Source: Candidatus Spongiisociaceae bacterium (GTDB lineage Bacteria > Actinomycetota > Acidimicrobiia > Spongiisociales > Spongiisociaceae). Taken from it: a DNA stretch of 64,000 nucleotides. Made by a program: the position numbers and the translations under genes. The DNA lies in contig OZ253564.1 of NCBI GenBank assembly GCA_965262915.1, positions 3,872,001 to 3,936,000 on the forward strand. Direction: 5' to 3'. How positions within the stretch are numbered: position 1 is the first letter of the stretch; each line of letters begins with the position of its first letter. Below the pieces are notes generated by a model. The model saw only the letters and a program-made list of their open reading frames with translations, was not told the DNA's origin and made no database searches. This document shows positions 39,706 to 50,300 of this stretch, piece after piece.

Positions 39706-40781
39706 TGGGAGTGTTCGACGTCTTCTGGCTGGCCACCACACTGCGTCTCGCAACGCCCTTGATCTTTGCGTCAAGCGGTGAACTGCTTGCCGAACGTACG
39801 GGCGTTCTGAATATCGGCCTCGAGGGTTTCATGCTGTCCGGCGCTTTCTTCGGGTTCCTGGGTACGTACCTGACCGGTAGCTTCGTGGTGGGCGTCGCAT
39901 TGGCGATAGTGGCCGGGATCATCTTCGCCGCCGCGATGGCGTTCCTCTCCATCCGCCTCCGCGCCGACCAGATAGTGGTAGGCATCGGGATCAACATCCT
40001 GGCCCTCGGGGTGACATCCTTCGCCTTCCGCGAGATATTCAGCGGCCCGCAGGTCCTCCTGGATCGGCCCGAGCCATGGGAATGGCCGCTCCTGTCCCGT
40101 ATCCCGGGTGTGGGTCAGGCGCTGTTCGCCCAACCCGGGTGGGTCTACTTTGCGCTGGTAGTCGTGGCGGCCGTCTGGTTCGTGCTGCAACGCACCACTT
40201 GGGGACTGTCGATGCGGGCCACCGGCGAGCTACCCGAGGCGGCCGACACGGCCGGATCGAGCGTCTTTCGCAACCGCTGGATCGCCACGTTGGTAGCGGG
40301 GGGACTCGCCGCCGGAGGAGGCTCATTCCTGTCGATCGAGCTCGGAGTATTCATCGAGGGAATGACCAACGGGCGAGGCTACCTGGCGCTTGCTGCGGTC
40401 ATCTTCGGTCGCTGGCGGGCAACCGGCGTCCTCTTCGCATGCCTCCTCTTCGGCGGGGCGGACGCCCTGCAGCTTCGACTCCAAGCGGAGGCGGCTGTCC
40501 CCTTCGAGGTCTGGTTGGTCCTGGCTCTCCTCGGTCCTGCGTATCTGGTGGCCGCAAGGCGATCTCTCAAGTCCCGTCACCCACTCACTCTGGCCACCAT
40601 CGGTTGCCTGACGCTGATCGGGTTGGTGCTGGCAGTGATCCAGCCGCAGTTCACGCTGCCCGCACAGCTCTGGCGGACGCTCCCGTTCGTGCTCACGATC
40701 ATCGTTCTGGCCGGGTTCATCGGACGCTCATGGATGCCCTCCACCTTGGCTATCCCGTACAGCCGGGAGGCTGAAACGTGA
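39705..40781 (+). CDS. Nucleoside-type ABC transporter permease
   Basis: TGATG coupling; ERTGVLNIGLEG, GRGYLALAAVIFGRW. Confidence 0.9.
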   Translation: MGVFDVFWLATTLRLATPLIFASSGELLAERTGVLNIGLEGFMLSGAFFGFLGTYLTGSFVVGVALAIVAGIIFAAAMAFLSIRLRADQIVVGIGINILALGVTSFAFREIFSGPQVLLDRPEPWEWPLLSRIPGVGQALFAQPGWVYFALVVVAAVWFVLQRTTWGLSMRATGELPEAADTAGSSVFRNRWIATLVAGGLAAGGGSFLSIELGVFIEGMTNGRGYLALAAVIFGRWRATGVLFACLLFGGADALQLRLQAEAAVPFEVWLVLALLGPAYLVAARRSLKSRHPLTLATIGCLTLIGLVLAVIQPQFTLPAQLWRTLPFVLTIIVLAGFIGRSWMPSTLAIPYSREAET

Positions 40782-40897
40782 GCACTACCGCTTCGGTTAG
40801 AGTGCATATCTCACGAGACGAGAACCGGCTGTCGCGGGGTGGAGACGCTCCTTAGAATCGGTCGGTATATCGCACCTCGAGTTGAAGGATTCGCCAC

Positions 40898-41959
40898 ATG
40901 GGAGGGATCGTGCGGGCAAGAACATCGGCTTATCGGATACGGATACTCACAGTCTTGCTGGCTCTGGGAGTGGTCGCCGCGGCATGCGGTGGAGACGACG
41001 CGGAAGAAACGACCACCACCGCCGCACCCGCCACCACAACAACCGCGGCCCCGGCGGAGCCAGAACCGCTCACCGTGGGCATGGCACTGCCCGGTCCGAA
41101 GAACGATAAGGGCTTCTCCCAGGCTCACTACAACGGGCTCCTGCTGGTGGAGAGCGAGATGGGGGTGAAGGTCTCCGTACGGGAGAACGTTCTGGATCCA
41201 CAGGCCCGGGTCGAGGCGCTACGCGACCTCGCGCAGGACAACGAACTGGTCATCGGAGTCGGCGCCGAGTACGCAGAGCCAGGCGTGACCGTCGCCCCGC
41301 AGTTCCCCGACACCACCTTCATGGTGATCAACGGGCAGACCTCCGACGCGCCGAACCTGTTCGTCTACGGCGTGAGAGAAGGCGTTCCCGCCTACATCGC
41401 CGGCGTCGTGGCGGCTCATCTGACGACATCGAACCAGGCCGGGTTCGTCGGCGGTGAAGAGATACCGCCCCTGTACATGGCCGACGACGGTTTCTCCGCC
41501 GGTCTGAAGTCGGTGAACCCCGACATCGAGATCACGTCGACGATCGTCGGTTCGTTCATCGATCCGCAGGGTGCTTTCGCGGCCGCCTCCGCCCAGCTAG
41601 CGGTCGGTGCGGACGTTATATACAGCTACGTGGATTCGGGCATCGCCGGGGTAATCGAGGCAATCGGCGACGCGGGAGGCAACGCCCTCACCTTCGGGAT
41701 CATCTTCCCCCGCTGCGGTGACTTCCCCGAGATCGTCGGTACGTCGATTCTCAATGCGTCGGGACTCGTTCTGACCATGACCAACGACTACGTCAACGGC
41801 ACGGTTCCTGACGTGCCCCAGTTCTTCGGCGTCGAGAACCCGGATGTCCAGCGGTTCGAACTCTGCCCGGACCACGTCACCGACGAGTTGCGCAAGATCG
41901 TCGACGACACCACGGCGGGGATCAACGACGGCTCGATCACCCTTCCGGAAGGAATCTGA
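40898..41959 (+). CDS. BMP family ABC substrate-binding lipoprotein
   Basis: Lipobox AAAC, Thr-rich linker, NDKGFSQ, GFVGG, GADVI. Confidence 0.9.
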   Translation: MGGIVRARTSAYRIRILTVLLALGVVAAACGGDDAEETTTTAAPATTTTAAPAEPEPLTVGMALPGPKNDKGFSQAHYNGLLLVESEMGVKVSVRENVLDPQARVEALRDLAQDNELVIGVGAEYAEPGVTVAPQFPDTTFMVINGQTSDAPNLFVYGVREGVPAYIAGVVAAHLTTSNQAGFVGGEEIPPLYMADDGFSAGLKSVNPDIEITSTIVGSFIDPQGAFAAASAQLAVGADVIYSYVDSGIAGVIEAIGDAGGNALTFGIIFPRCGDFPEIVGTSILNASGLVLTMTNDYVNGTVPDVPQFFGVENPDVQRFELCPDHVTDELRKIVDDTTAGINDGSITLPEGI

Positions 41960-42067
41960 ACCCGAACAGCAGCCCGACAGCTGCGACAACCGGATGACAC
42001 ACTTGGCGGCTGGACCTCCCAGCCGCCAAGACCGTTTGCGGAGAGTCGATCGCGGCAACGACCTTGA

Positions 42068-43660
42068 CTACCAGTCCTCGAAGAAACCGTACCCCTCCAG
42101 GAACGCCGGCTTGGGCCACCAACGCTTGATCTTCAGATCCTCGGCTATCACGTTGACCGCGTTGTAGCCGGGGGCAAAGGTGATCGAGCCACCCGGGTGG
42201 CAGCAGGATCCGCACATGTACAGAGCCTCGACGGGCGTACGGTAGGGCTGCCGGCCGATCCCCACCTGCCCGCTGCTGTAACTCCCCATGTGGTCATCGC
42301 CCTGGACCATGTTGATGATGGCGTTGGCGTTGTCAACCGGGGTGTAGGTGAAGCGGTGAACGACGTTGTCCGGGGTCATGTTGGGCGCGTACTCCCGCCA
42401 GCGGGCCAGGATCCGGTCGAAGTACGCTTCCTTTATCTCTTCCCAGTACTCGGGCCCACGTCCCTCAACATCGTAAGGAACGAACTGCCAGAATCCGGCC
42501 GTGTGGAAACCGCCGGGACCTTGGGACGGATCGAACAGGGTCGGCACCCACGCTTCCCCGCCCGGTTTGGAGGGAGGTTTGCCTTCTTCTATCTCGCGGA
42601 AGTGTTGGTGTATCTCCTCGGGTACGTCGTAGCCGAAAGTCTGGTGGAACGTCTCGTTCATGTCGGGATATCTCTCGGCGACCGCGTAGTCCGGAGGGTT
42701 CCGCAGCACCATGTGGGCTCCGAACAGGGCGGATTCGTTCATCTGCCAGCCCTCCACGCGGGCAAGCTCTTCCGGGGGGAGGTGTTCGGCGCCCACCATT
42801 CGCAGGAACGTCTGGGCGGGATCGACGTTGCTGACGACGGCTTGGCGGGCCCGGTACACCGTTCCGTCACGGAGCCTCACCCCGACCGCTCTCCCCTGCT
42901 CCACCAGGATCTTCTCCACATGCGCCTGCTGCCGTATCTGGCCGCCGTGGGCGGTCAGGAAGTTGACCAGGGCTTTGGCGATCATGTTGCTACCTCCCCG
43001 GGCGAGCCCGTACCGGCCGAGACGCAGCAGCATGCGAAGCGTGCCGAATCCCGTTCCCGGCAGGGCCTCTCTCATCCGCACCGCGCTGGTGCTGAAGAAC
43101 AGACTCGACCGGACGGTCGGATGTTCAAAGAGACCTTCCACGACCTCAGACGGGCTCTGCTGGGAGAGGTCGAAGAACTCCGTACCCACCGCACCGAAAC
43201 GGCGCTCCAGACGATCCCGCCACTCCCCTGCCGGCAGGGGAGGCGCGTAGTGGTAGGCGCGCATCGCCTCGTAGTACCTCTGCATGTCCAGAAGAGTCTC
43301 CGCGTCGGTCTTCGAGAACTGCGAGAGGGCTTGGCGGGTACGCTCCCGATCGCTGTATATCAGCAGGCATCGCCCGTCCCGTAGCGGTATGCCGAAGTTC
43401 TTGTCGGGAACGATGTAGACACCGCCGTACCTGTCGAGTTCGAAGTCCTGATAGGCGGGTGGTTCCGAAGCGAAGATGTGGAACACCGAATGGAAGTTGA
43501 AGTAGTAACCGGGGAAGATGTGCTCCGTTGACAGGCCCCCGCCTTCTTCGAGCCGGCGCTCGAGCACCATCACGGAGAGTCCGGCCTTGGCCAGGTAGTT
43601 CGCCACGGTCAAACCGTTGTTTCCTGAACCGATTACAACGATGTCGAACGTATCCACCAC
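42068..43660 (-). CDS. Phytoene-desaturase-like NAD(P)/FAD-dependent oxidoreductase
   Basis: IGSGNNGL...LERR...GGG, GGSNMIAKAL, YRTPVEALYMCGSCCHPGG. Confidence 0.88.
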   Translation of the reverse strand: MVDTFDIVVIGSGNNGLTVANYLAKAGLSVMVLERRLEEGGGLSTEHIFPGYYFNFHSVFHIFASEPPAYQDFELDRYGGVYIVPDKNFGIPLRDGRCLLIYSDRERTRQALSQFSKTDAETLLDMQRYYEAMRAYHYAPPLPAGEWRDRLERRFGAVGTEFFDLSQQSPSEVVEGLFEHPTVRSSLFFSTSAVRMREALPGTGFGTLRMLLRLGRYGLARGGSNMIAKALVNFLTAHGGQIRQQAHVEKILVEQGRAVGVRLRDGTVYRARQAVVSNVDPAQTFLRMVGAEHLPPEELARVEGWQMNESALFGAHMVLRNPPDYAVAERYPDMNETFHQTFGYDVPEEIHQHFREIEEGKPPSKPGGEAWVPTLFDPSQGPGGFHTAGFWQFVPYDVEGRGPEYWEEIKEAYFDRILARWREYAPNMTPDNVVHRFTYTPVDNANAIINMVQGDDHMGSYSSGQVGIGRQPYRTPVEALYMCGSCCHPGGSITFAPGYNAVNVIAEDLKIKRWWPKPAFLEGYGFFEDW

Positions 43661-44342
43661 ATTCCCCTTTCAACACACCGGGCTACTTCGTACCCGGCGG
43701 GATACCCGTTGTGAGCCGGCATCAGCCGTCCACGCCACAGGCTCGCGAGCTAACTCGGACGCTCGTTCTCAAGCCGTCGCCTGCCCGCTCAAACGGGACC
43801 GACGGCCCTATCAACGAGGGTGGCAGCACTTGAACGCGGTGTCAACGGTTGTATCGGGCAGACCTTTCCGGTTTGCCCGGCGTCGACCGGATGGCACCGT
43901 GTTTCTCGATGGCGGGATGGGACGGGACACGAACGCCAGGAGGAATCGGCGCCAGGGGGAAGCGGAGCCTCGGGGAATCGCTATCGAGACTCATCCTCGG
44001 ATGGCTGGTCTCCATGTCGTTGTACACCGACTCGGCCTCGACCCTCTCGAACAGGCCTGCAAGCCCGCCGTAGACGATCCCCGGCGGCCGTCTGGGGCAT
44101 CACTCCGACGCCGGCATCGCACCGGCGGCCGTGTCTGTGGCGATTCCCACAACAACGCGGCCTCCGTCGAATCGGTCCTGTGAACACTTCACGGTCGCTG
44201 GAAACCATCCACCGATGGCAGTTCCACAGTATGAACAATCCCCGAACGGTGACAGGGCGTTCTGATAGGCTCTGGCGGCTAAACTCGACCGGCGTCGTGT
44301 CCAAACTCGGCGCAGGATAGTCCTTGAACCATTGGAGGGACC

Positions 44343-45428
44343 GTGAACCTTATTCGAGGCAGGATTCTGGTTGGATTCGTCGCTCTCGCGCTCGTTGCTA
44401 TGGCGTGCGGCGACGGCGATGAACCGGCACCCACGACCGCTGCACCAACCACCGCCGCCGCGCCGACCACCGCAGCCGCGCCGACCACGACCGCGCCGGA
44501 GAGGGTGAGCCTGGTGATGCAGCTCACTTGGGTGCCGCAGTCGCAGTTCGCCGGCTACATCATGGCCGACCGCAAGGGCTTCTACGATGACGAGAACCTC
44601 GACGTTGAGGTACTCCCCGGCGGACCGGATGTCAGTCCTGACCAGCAGATCATCACCGGCGCCGCCGACCTGACGCTCGGTAAGGCGGCAGCTATCTTCG
44701 TCGCCCGCAGCCGCGGAGTCCCGCTGATTGCGGTCGCCCAGTTCCACCGCAAGTCCGGGTTCCCCATCGTGGCGATGGCAGACAGCGGGATCCAGGGTCC
44801 CGAGGATCTGGCCGGCAAGACCGTGGCGGCCTTCCAGGGAGGAGGCGACGAGGTCGAGTTGCTTGCGCTTGCCGCCCAGATCGGCCTTGAGCCCGGTGTC
44901 GACTTCGAGCTGGTCGAGCAGGGTTTCAGCCTCGATCCTTTCCTGAACGGGGACTTCGACACGATCACCCCCACCTACTGGAACGAACTCCAGTCGCTCT
45001 ACGAGGAGGGCTTCACCCCCGATGATCTCGTCATAATCGACTTCGATGACTACGGCGTAGGCAGCCCTCACGGGGTGCTGCACACCACCGAGGAGATCCT
45101 CGCCGAGAAGGGCGAAGCCATCTCGCGGTTCGTCAAGGCAACCATCCGGGGATGGAAGTACGCCTTCGACAATCCGGAGGAGACCGTCAGCGTGATCCTC
45201 GAGCAGGCGATCCAGGCGTCGGAACTGCACCAAGCCAACATGCTCACCGCGCTCGAGGACCTGCACTTCCCAGCGGGCTTCCCCGAGGCGGACTACGGAA
45301 GCATCGATGTTGCGGCGTTCGAGCGGCTCTCCACAGACCTCTTCGGGTTCGGACTCCTCGATGAGGAAGTCCCCGCTGGGGACGCCTACGACCCATCGAT
45401 CTGGGCGATGGCGTCTCACGGGATGTAG
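44343..45428 (+). CDS. NitT/TauT (NMT1/THI5-like) ABC substrate-binding lipoprotein
   Basis: Lipobox AMAC; QLTWVPQSQFAGY...KGFY...PGGP; FVKATIRGW. Confidence 0.88.
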   Translation: MNLIRGRILVGFVALALVAMACGDGDEPAPTTAAPTTAAAPTTAAAPTTTAPERVSLVMQLTWVPQSQFAGYIMADRKGFYDDENLDVEVLPGGPDVSPDQQIITGAADLTLGKAAAIFVARSRGVPLIAVAQFHRKSGFPIVAMADSGIQGPEDLAGKTVAAFQGGGDEVELLALAAQIGLEPGVDFELVEQGFSLDPFLNGDFDTITPTYWNELQSLYEEGFTPDDLVIIDFDDYGVGSPHGVLHTTEEILAEKGEAISRFVKATIRGWKYAFDNPEETVSVILEQAIQASELHQANMLTALEDLHFPAGFPEADYGSIDVAAFERLSTDLFGFGLLDEEVPAGDAYDPSIWAMASHGM

Positions 45429-45452
45429 CAACCAAGGCGTCGAACTCCCGAG

Positions 45453-46307
45453 ATGGACGTGAGCGAACCAGATGTGATCGACCGGAGAAGCGGTAAACCG
45501 GCTTCCCCGGTCGATTCGCGATCGATGTGGCCCAAGCTGCGGACTTGGGGCATCGGCACCCTGCTGGTGCTCGTCGTGGGTAGTCTCTGGCAACTCAACG
45601 CTTGGCGGGTGGCAGCGAGCGAGACGCCGCTGGCCAGCAAGAAGTTCCCCTACCTGCACGACGTGGCAATAGCCATATTCCAGAACTGGCCGGATCTGTG
45701 GTCGGCTGTACGTACCACCGCCACCGGCGCCCTGGTCGGGTTGGGGATCGGGACGACGATAGGCGTGGTCCTCGCCCTCATCGCGGGTCGCTCCCGAATC
45801 TGGGAGAGCGCGTTCTACCCCTACGTAGTGTTCGGCCAGATGGTTCCGACCATCGCCCTGGCGCCCATCCTGCTGGCGATCCTGCGGGACTTCACCATCA
45901 CCCGTATCGTGGTGGCGAGCTACATTACGTTCTTCCCCATGTCTCTCAACGTACTGAAGGGACTCAAGAGCGTGCCCGATGACGAGGCAGAGTTGATGGC
46001 CAGCTACAACTCCTCCCGACGGCAGACACTGACGAAGCTGCGGATCCCGGCTGCGGCGCCTTTCTTCTTCACCGGGTTCAAGATCGCTGCTCCGTTGGCC
46101 GTCGTCGCCGAAATAGTCGTGGAGCTCTCCGGCGCCACCGACGGGGTCGGGTACCTGATCCTCATCACCCAGTACTACGGGCCCCAGTTCGCGAGCCTGT
46201 TCTGGGCGGCCGTGATCCTGACCCTCCTGCTGGGAGTCCTCTTCTACCGGGGGGCCGCCCTCCTCGAACGGTTGATCACCCCGTGGCAACCCGAGTTCAG
46301 GACATAG
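45453..46307 (+). CDS. NitT/TauT ABC permease
   Basis: QMVPTIALAP, FFP, KLRIPAAAPFFFTG, AEIVVE. Confidence 0.9.
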   Translation: MDVSEPDVIDRRSGKPASPVDSRSMWPKLRTWGIGTLLVLVVGSLWQLNAWRVAASETPLASKKFPYLHDVAIAIFQNWPDLWSAVRTTATGALVGLGIGTTIGVVLALIAGRSRIWESAFYPYVVFGQMVPTIALAPILLAILRDFTITRIVVASYITFFPMSLNVLKGLKSVPDDEAELMASYNSSRRQTLTKLRIPAAAPFFFTGFKIAAPLAVVAEIVVELSGATDGVGYLILITQYYGPQFASLFWAAVILTLLLGVLFYRGAALLERLITPWQPEFRT

Positions 46308-46314
46308 GGGCCGC

Positions 46315-47106
46315 ATGATCCGGGACCGGGTCCGCCTTATCGCCTTCCGGACCGTCCCCCCGTTGGCCATTCTGGTAGCGCTGCTCGTGACGTGGGAGAT
46401 GGGCGTTTACCACGACCTGTTCGACCTGAAGATCTTCACGGTCCCCTACCCGACCGCCGTGGTGGAGGCCTTCTTCGAGGGATGGTGGTTCTTCCGCAAG
46501 AACGCCTACGACACCTTCTACGCAGCCGGGATCGGATACGTGCTCGGATCGATCGCCGGTATCAGCCTCGCCATCATCCTCTCCGAGATCGACCCGCTGC
46601 GCCGCTACCTCCTCCCGGTCGTCAGCGGTTTCGCCGCCATGCCGATTCTCGCCACCGCCCCGCTGATGGCCCTCTACTTCGGACTCGGCCCGAATTCGGC
46701 GATCGCGGTAGTGGTCCTGATGTCAGTGCCGCCTACCGTGATCTCCGTGTACAAGGGTCTGATCTCCATCGAACGCGAGTCCGAGGAATTGCTCGAATCC
46801 CTCGCGGTCGGCCGTCTGGGCGGGTTGACCAAGTTGAAGCTCCCGAGCGCTCTCCCCTGGATCTTCACATCGCTCAAACTCAACGTCACGCTGGCCCTCG
46901 TGGGGGTGATCGTCACCGAGTTCGTGATCGTGCAAAGGGGCCTGGGAACGCTGCTGACGAGGAGCCTGGAAACATTCGACACACCGGATGCCTACGCGTC
47001 CATGCTCATCGTCGCGATCCTGGGCGTGGTCTGGTTCCAGATCGTCCAACTCATCGAGACTCTCGCGATTCCCTGGCATTCGTCCGTCCGGTCGACGGGA
47101 GGCTGA
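46315..47106 (+). CDS. NitT/TauT ABC permease
   Basis: MPILATAPL, KLKLPSALPWIFTSLK, GVIVTEF, GLG. Confidence 0.9.
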   Translation: MIRDRVRLIAFRTVPPLAILVALLVTWEMGVYHDLFDLKIFTVPYPTAVVEAFFEGWWFFRKNAYDTFYAAGIGYVLGSIAGISLAIILSEIDPLRRYLLPVVSGFAAMPILATAPLMALYFGLGPNSAIAVVVLMSVPPTVISVYKGLISIERESEELLESLAVGRLGGLTKLKLPSALPWIFTSLKLNVTLALVGVIVTEFVIVQRGLGTLLTRSLETFDTPDAYASMLIVAILGVVWFQIVQLIETLAIPWHSSVRSTGG

Positions 47107-47112
47107 TCGCGC

Positions 47113-48480
47113 ATGGGCAGGATTCCGATAGAGCCGAACGCCACGGATCTCACTCTCAGCGGAGGAAGGATCATCGATGGTTCCGGCCGGGAGCCGATCG
47201 AGGACGCCGTCGTCGAGGTAGCGGGCGGGCGTATCGCGAACATCTACCGTCGGGGCGAGGTCTCCCCGCCGGAAGGATCGACAACCGTCGATGTCACGGG
47301 CAAGACCATCCTCCCGGGGCTGATCGACAGCCATGTCCACTTGGGGCTGCTTCCCTACAACCGGTTCGGCGTCGACGATCCGATGCCTCTATTCGACCGG
47401 TTCATGAACGATTTCGTCGAGTACGGGGTAACAACGGTCAGATGTACGGGTAGTCCGGAACTCGACTGGTCCTTCCGGCTTCTCAAAGGAGGCAACCCCC
47501 GGTGGCCGCGCTTCTACGGCTCGGGACCCAACCTGGACGGGCCGCCAGGAGGGACCCATCCGGGCCTCCGGGTGGTCAGCGACCCCGCGGAAGCCCGGGC
47601 CCAGACACTAGACCTCCTCGCCAACGGCGCCGACTTCATCAAGGTATACGTATGGATGACCGAGGAGCCCCTACGAGCGATCGTCTCGGTGGCCCATTCG
47701 CACGGCAAGATGGTGGCTGCCCATGTGGGCAACTCCTTAACGGCCGAGGCGGCCGTACTGCTCGGGGTCGATGCATTGGAACACATCCGCATCGGCTCCG
47801 AGTTGCTCACCGACCGCCAGCGCGCCGAGGTCGCCCGGCTCCCACGCCGCGCCCACGATCACCTCCTGTCGTTCCGACCGTGGCGCTACATCGATGTCGA
47901 GTCCGACCGCACGGGCGCTCTGCTCGATCTCCTAGTGGAGCGAGGCGTCTACCTAACACCGACTCTGACCCTGTCCCGGAGCGCGTTGCTCAACTCGGAG
48001 GAGGCGGTACGCAAACCGGCGGGCATAGAACGGATGCCGCAAGCGGTCATAGATCATTGGGAACAGAAGGGCTGGATAGACGACTTCTCCACCGGGGACT
48101 GGGAAGCGGCGCCTGTCGAGTGGCGACGTCAACTGGAGTTCGTTGGTCGAGCACATCGGCACGGGGTCAAGATCGCGGCGGGCACCGACATGCCGAACCC
48201 GTTCATACTCCCCGGGTCGGGGCTGCACGACGAGCTGGGGCTGCTCCATTCGACCGGCATGTCACGCCACGCCGTCCTGCGGGCCGCCACCCGCACCGGC
48301 GCCGAACTCCTAGGCCTGGGCCAGGATCTGGGCACCGTGGAGAAGGGGAAAGTAGCGGACCTGTTGATCGTAGATGGGGACCCGCTCCAGGACCTGGGCC
48401 ACCTCCGCCGCCCGCGGGCGGTTCTCAAAGCCGGGAAGAAGGTCGCTGGGTACGGTGGCGAATCCTTCGTCGCTGCTTGA
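47113..48480 (+). CDS. Amidohydrolase family protein
   Basis: PGLIDSHVH, IKVY, AAH, EH, AGTD, GKVADLLIVDGDPL. Confidence 0.9.
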   Translation: MGRIPIEPNATDLTLSGGRIIDGSGREPIEDAVVEVAGGRIANIYRRGEVSPPEGSTTVDVTGKTILPGLIDSHVHLGLLPYNRFGVDDPMPLFDRFMNDFVEYGVTTVRCTGSPELDWSFRLLKGGNPRWPRFYGSGPNLDGPPGGTHPGLRVVSDPAEARAQTLDLLANGADFIKVYVWMTEEPLRAIVSVAHSHGKMVAAHVGNSLTAEAAVLLGVDALEHIRIGSELLTDRQRAEVARLPRRAHDHLLSFRPWRYIDVESDRTGALLDLLVERGVYLTPTLTLSRSALLNSEEAVRKPAGIERMPQAVIDHWEQKGWIDDFSTGDWEAAPVEWRRQLEFVGRAHRHGVKIAAGTDMPNPFILPGSGLHDELGLLHSTGMSRHAVLRAATRTGAELLGLGQDLGTVEKGKVADLLIVDGDPLQDLGHLRRPRAVLKAGKKVAGYGGESFVAA

Positions 48481-48517
48481 TCAACTCATCGACTCGAGTC
48501 GGGTCTTCGATCCCGGC

Positions 48518-49081
48518 TCAGATACCGGCCCACCGCGTGATCAGATTCGCCTCGATACCGAACTGATCAAGGATCTTGGTCACGGTGTGGTCGACGATAT
48601 CCCTTACCGATCTCGGGCGGGTGTAGAACCCGGGCACCGGTGGGAGGACCACCCCTCCGGACTCGGTGACCCGGCACATCAACCTGAGATGGCCGAGATG
48701 CAGAGGAGTCTCCCGCGTTACCAGGACCAGCTTGCGCCGTTCTTTCAGGCAAACATCCGCGGCTCTGGCAATGAGCGTGCTGCCGTAGCTGTTGGCGATA
48801 GAGCTGAGCGTCTTCATCGAGCAGGGGGCCACGATCATGCCATCCGTGACGAAGGTGCCCGACGCGAGCGCAGCGCCCACTTTGGAGTTGTGATAGACCT
48901 CGTCCGCCATGGCGAAGACACGGGCGGGCTCGTGGTCGGTCTCGTACGAGATGGTGGCCTCTGCCCCGGAGGACACGATCAGATGGGTCTCGACCTCGGG
49001 AACCGTGGATAGCACCTCAACGAGCCTGACGCCGTATATCGCGCCGCTCGACCCGGAAATGCCCACGATCAGCCGTCGCAC
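48518..49081 (-). CDS. ubiX: Flavin prenyltransferase UbiX
   Basis: IVGISGSSGAIYG, ASGT, PCSMKTL, RAADVCLKERRKLVL, RETPL, PGFY; GTG start at 49081. Confidence 0.95.
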   Translation of the reverse strand: MRRLIVGISGSSGAIYGVRLVEVLSTVPEVETHLIVSSGAEATISYETDHEPARVFAMADEVYHNSKVGAALASGTFVTDGMIVAPCSMKTLSSIANSYGSTLIARAADVCLKERRKLVLVTRETPLHLGHLRLMCRVTESGGVVLPPVPGFYTRPRSVRDIVDHTVTKILDQFGIEANLITRWAGI

Positions 49082-49133
49082 GGATCCCCTTTCCGTGCCG
49101 CTCTCGGCCGGCGGAGGTCCACGTCCGTCGTTG

Positions 49134-50108
49134 TCAGTGATGCCATGCGACGCCGCGATCGCGCAGCATCCGGCGGTAGGCCAAGGCACCGGCATCCGTC
49201 CCGCGCAGATGGAGTTCAGCGGTCAGATCCAGCGGTAGTTCCTCGGGACGCTGGTTCTCGACCACCATCTGATCCTGGGACATGACGACCGCGTCGAAGG
49301 CATACCAGTCCTCATCCGGCTTGGTGAGGCTCCAGTCACGCGATGTGAAGAAGTATTGGATGGTCTCTCCGGATGAGACCGGGCAGCACGTGAACATCAT
49401 GGAGTAGTTCCGGCCCTTGGGGCTCATCGGGTTGGTTTGCCGTTCGTGCTCAGGGATGCGGGTGGTAACTGTCAGCCTGACTGTGAACGGCAGGAACAGC
49501 CTGTACGAGCGGGTGGTGTTGTTGCGGTCGTCGGGTACGTCGTAACTGAACCCGACGTCGGAGGTTTGCGGTCTCACGTGGGGGTAAGTGGGCTCGCTAC
49601 GCTGGCCGAGCAGGCCGTCGTGAACCCACGGGAAATGCGTGTAGTCCAAGACGTTCTCGATGACCCGGGCGGCGTTGGCCTTCCAACGGAAGTCGTCGTA
49701 GAGGACCGTCGTCATCGACTCGCTCTCGTACGCGGGATAATCGGGAATGGGGTACTTCGGTTCGTCGAGCGCCACCCATACCAACCCGTAGCGCTGCTCG
49801 GTTCGGAACCGTGGAACCCTGGCTGCCGATGGTATGCGGCCACCGGGGGGAAGGGTCGGTATGAGGGTGCAGACCCCGGTCCTGTCGTATCGCCAACCGT
49901 GGTAGTGGCAGACTATCTGGTCACCCTCCATCCACCCCAGAGACAATGGTGTACCGCGGTGGATGCAGAGATCCCTCAGAGCAACGATCTCGTCGCCGAC
50001 CCGGAACAGGACCATCTGCTCTCCAAGAAGGGTGGCGGCCACCGGGTTGGCTCCTACAGATGCCACCCTCTCCACCGGATGCCAGTAGTTGCGAAGTTCA
50101 TCTCCCAT
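49134..50108 (-). CDS. Rieske non-heme iron oxygenase alpha subunit (VanA/NdmA-like) 1
   Basis: DLCIHRG...CHYHGW, ENVLDYTHFPWVH, QRPEELPLDL. Confidence 0.9.
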   Translation of the reverse strand: MGDELRNYWHPVERVASVGANPVAATLLGEQMVLFRVGDEIVALRDLCIHRGTPLSLGWMEGDQIVCHYHGWRYDRTGVCTLIPTLPPGGRIPSAARVPRFRTEQRYGLVWVALDEPKYPIPDYPAYESESMTTVLYDDFRWKANAARVIENVLDYTHFPWVHDGLLGQRSEPTYPHVRPQTSDVGFSYDVPDDRNNTTRSYRLFLPFTVRLTVTTRIPEHERQTNPMSPKGRNYSMMFTCCPVSSGETIQYFFTSRDWSLTKPDEDWYAFDAVVMSQDQMVVENQRPEELPLDLTAELHLRGTDAGALAYRRMLRDRGVAWHH

Positions 50109-50300
50109 CGCATGATCCCTTCAACTGGGCTTCCGTTCGGCCGAGAGTATCACGTGGCTTGATCGCTACGTCTACGGGTACCGCCAGTACCAACCGTTCC
50201 CACCATGTGGAACCGGGTACCGGCCGCTATCGTCGCAACTTACGATCGAACGTCGCGCATCGGGGCAAGGACCGAAGGACAGTTCGGGAAGGATAGGAAC

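Noticed and set aside
42068-43660. Carotenoid cluster (crtI-like gene plus fni)
   Set aside because: No crtB, crtE or cyclase. The two genes are 23 kb apart, and this oxidoreductase family is common in non-carotenoid contexts.
43680-44340. TPP riboswitch upstream of the NMT1-like SBP, or a homocysteine methyltransferase remnant (VFLDGGMG)
   Set aside because: The CTGAGA/ACCTGAT core was not found, and the peptide similarity stops after eight residues.
44100-46370. 756-aa minus-strand ORF and other long antisense ORFs (e.g. 3714-5234, 22190-23713, 10554-11828)
   Set aside because: Shadow frames of well-supported genes on the opposite strand, expected in high-GC DNA.
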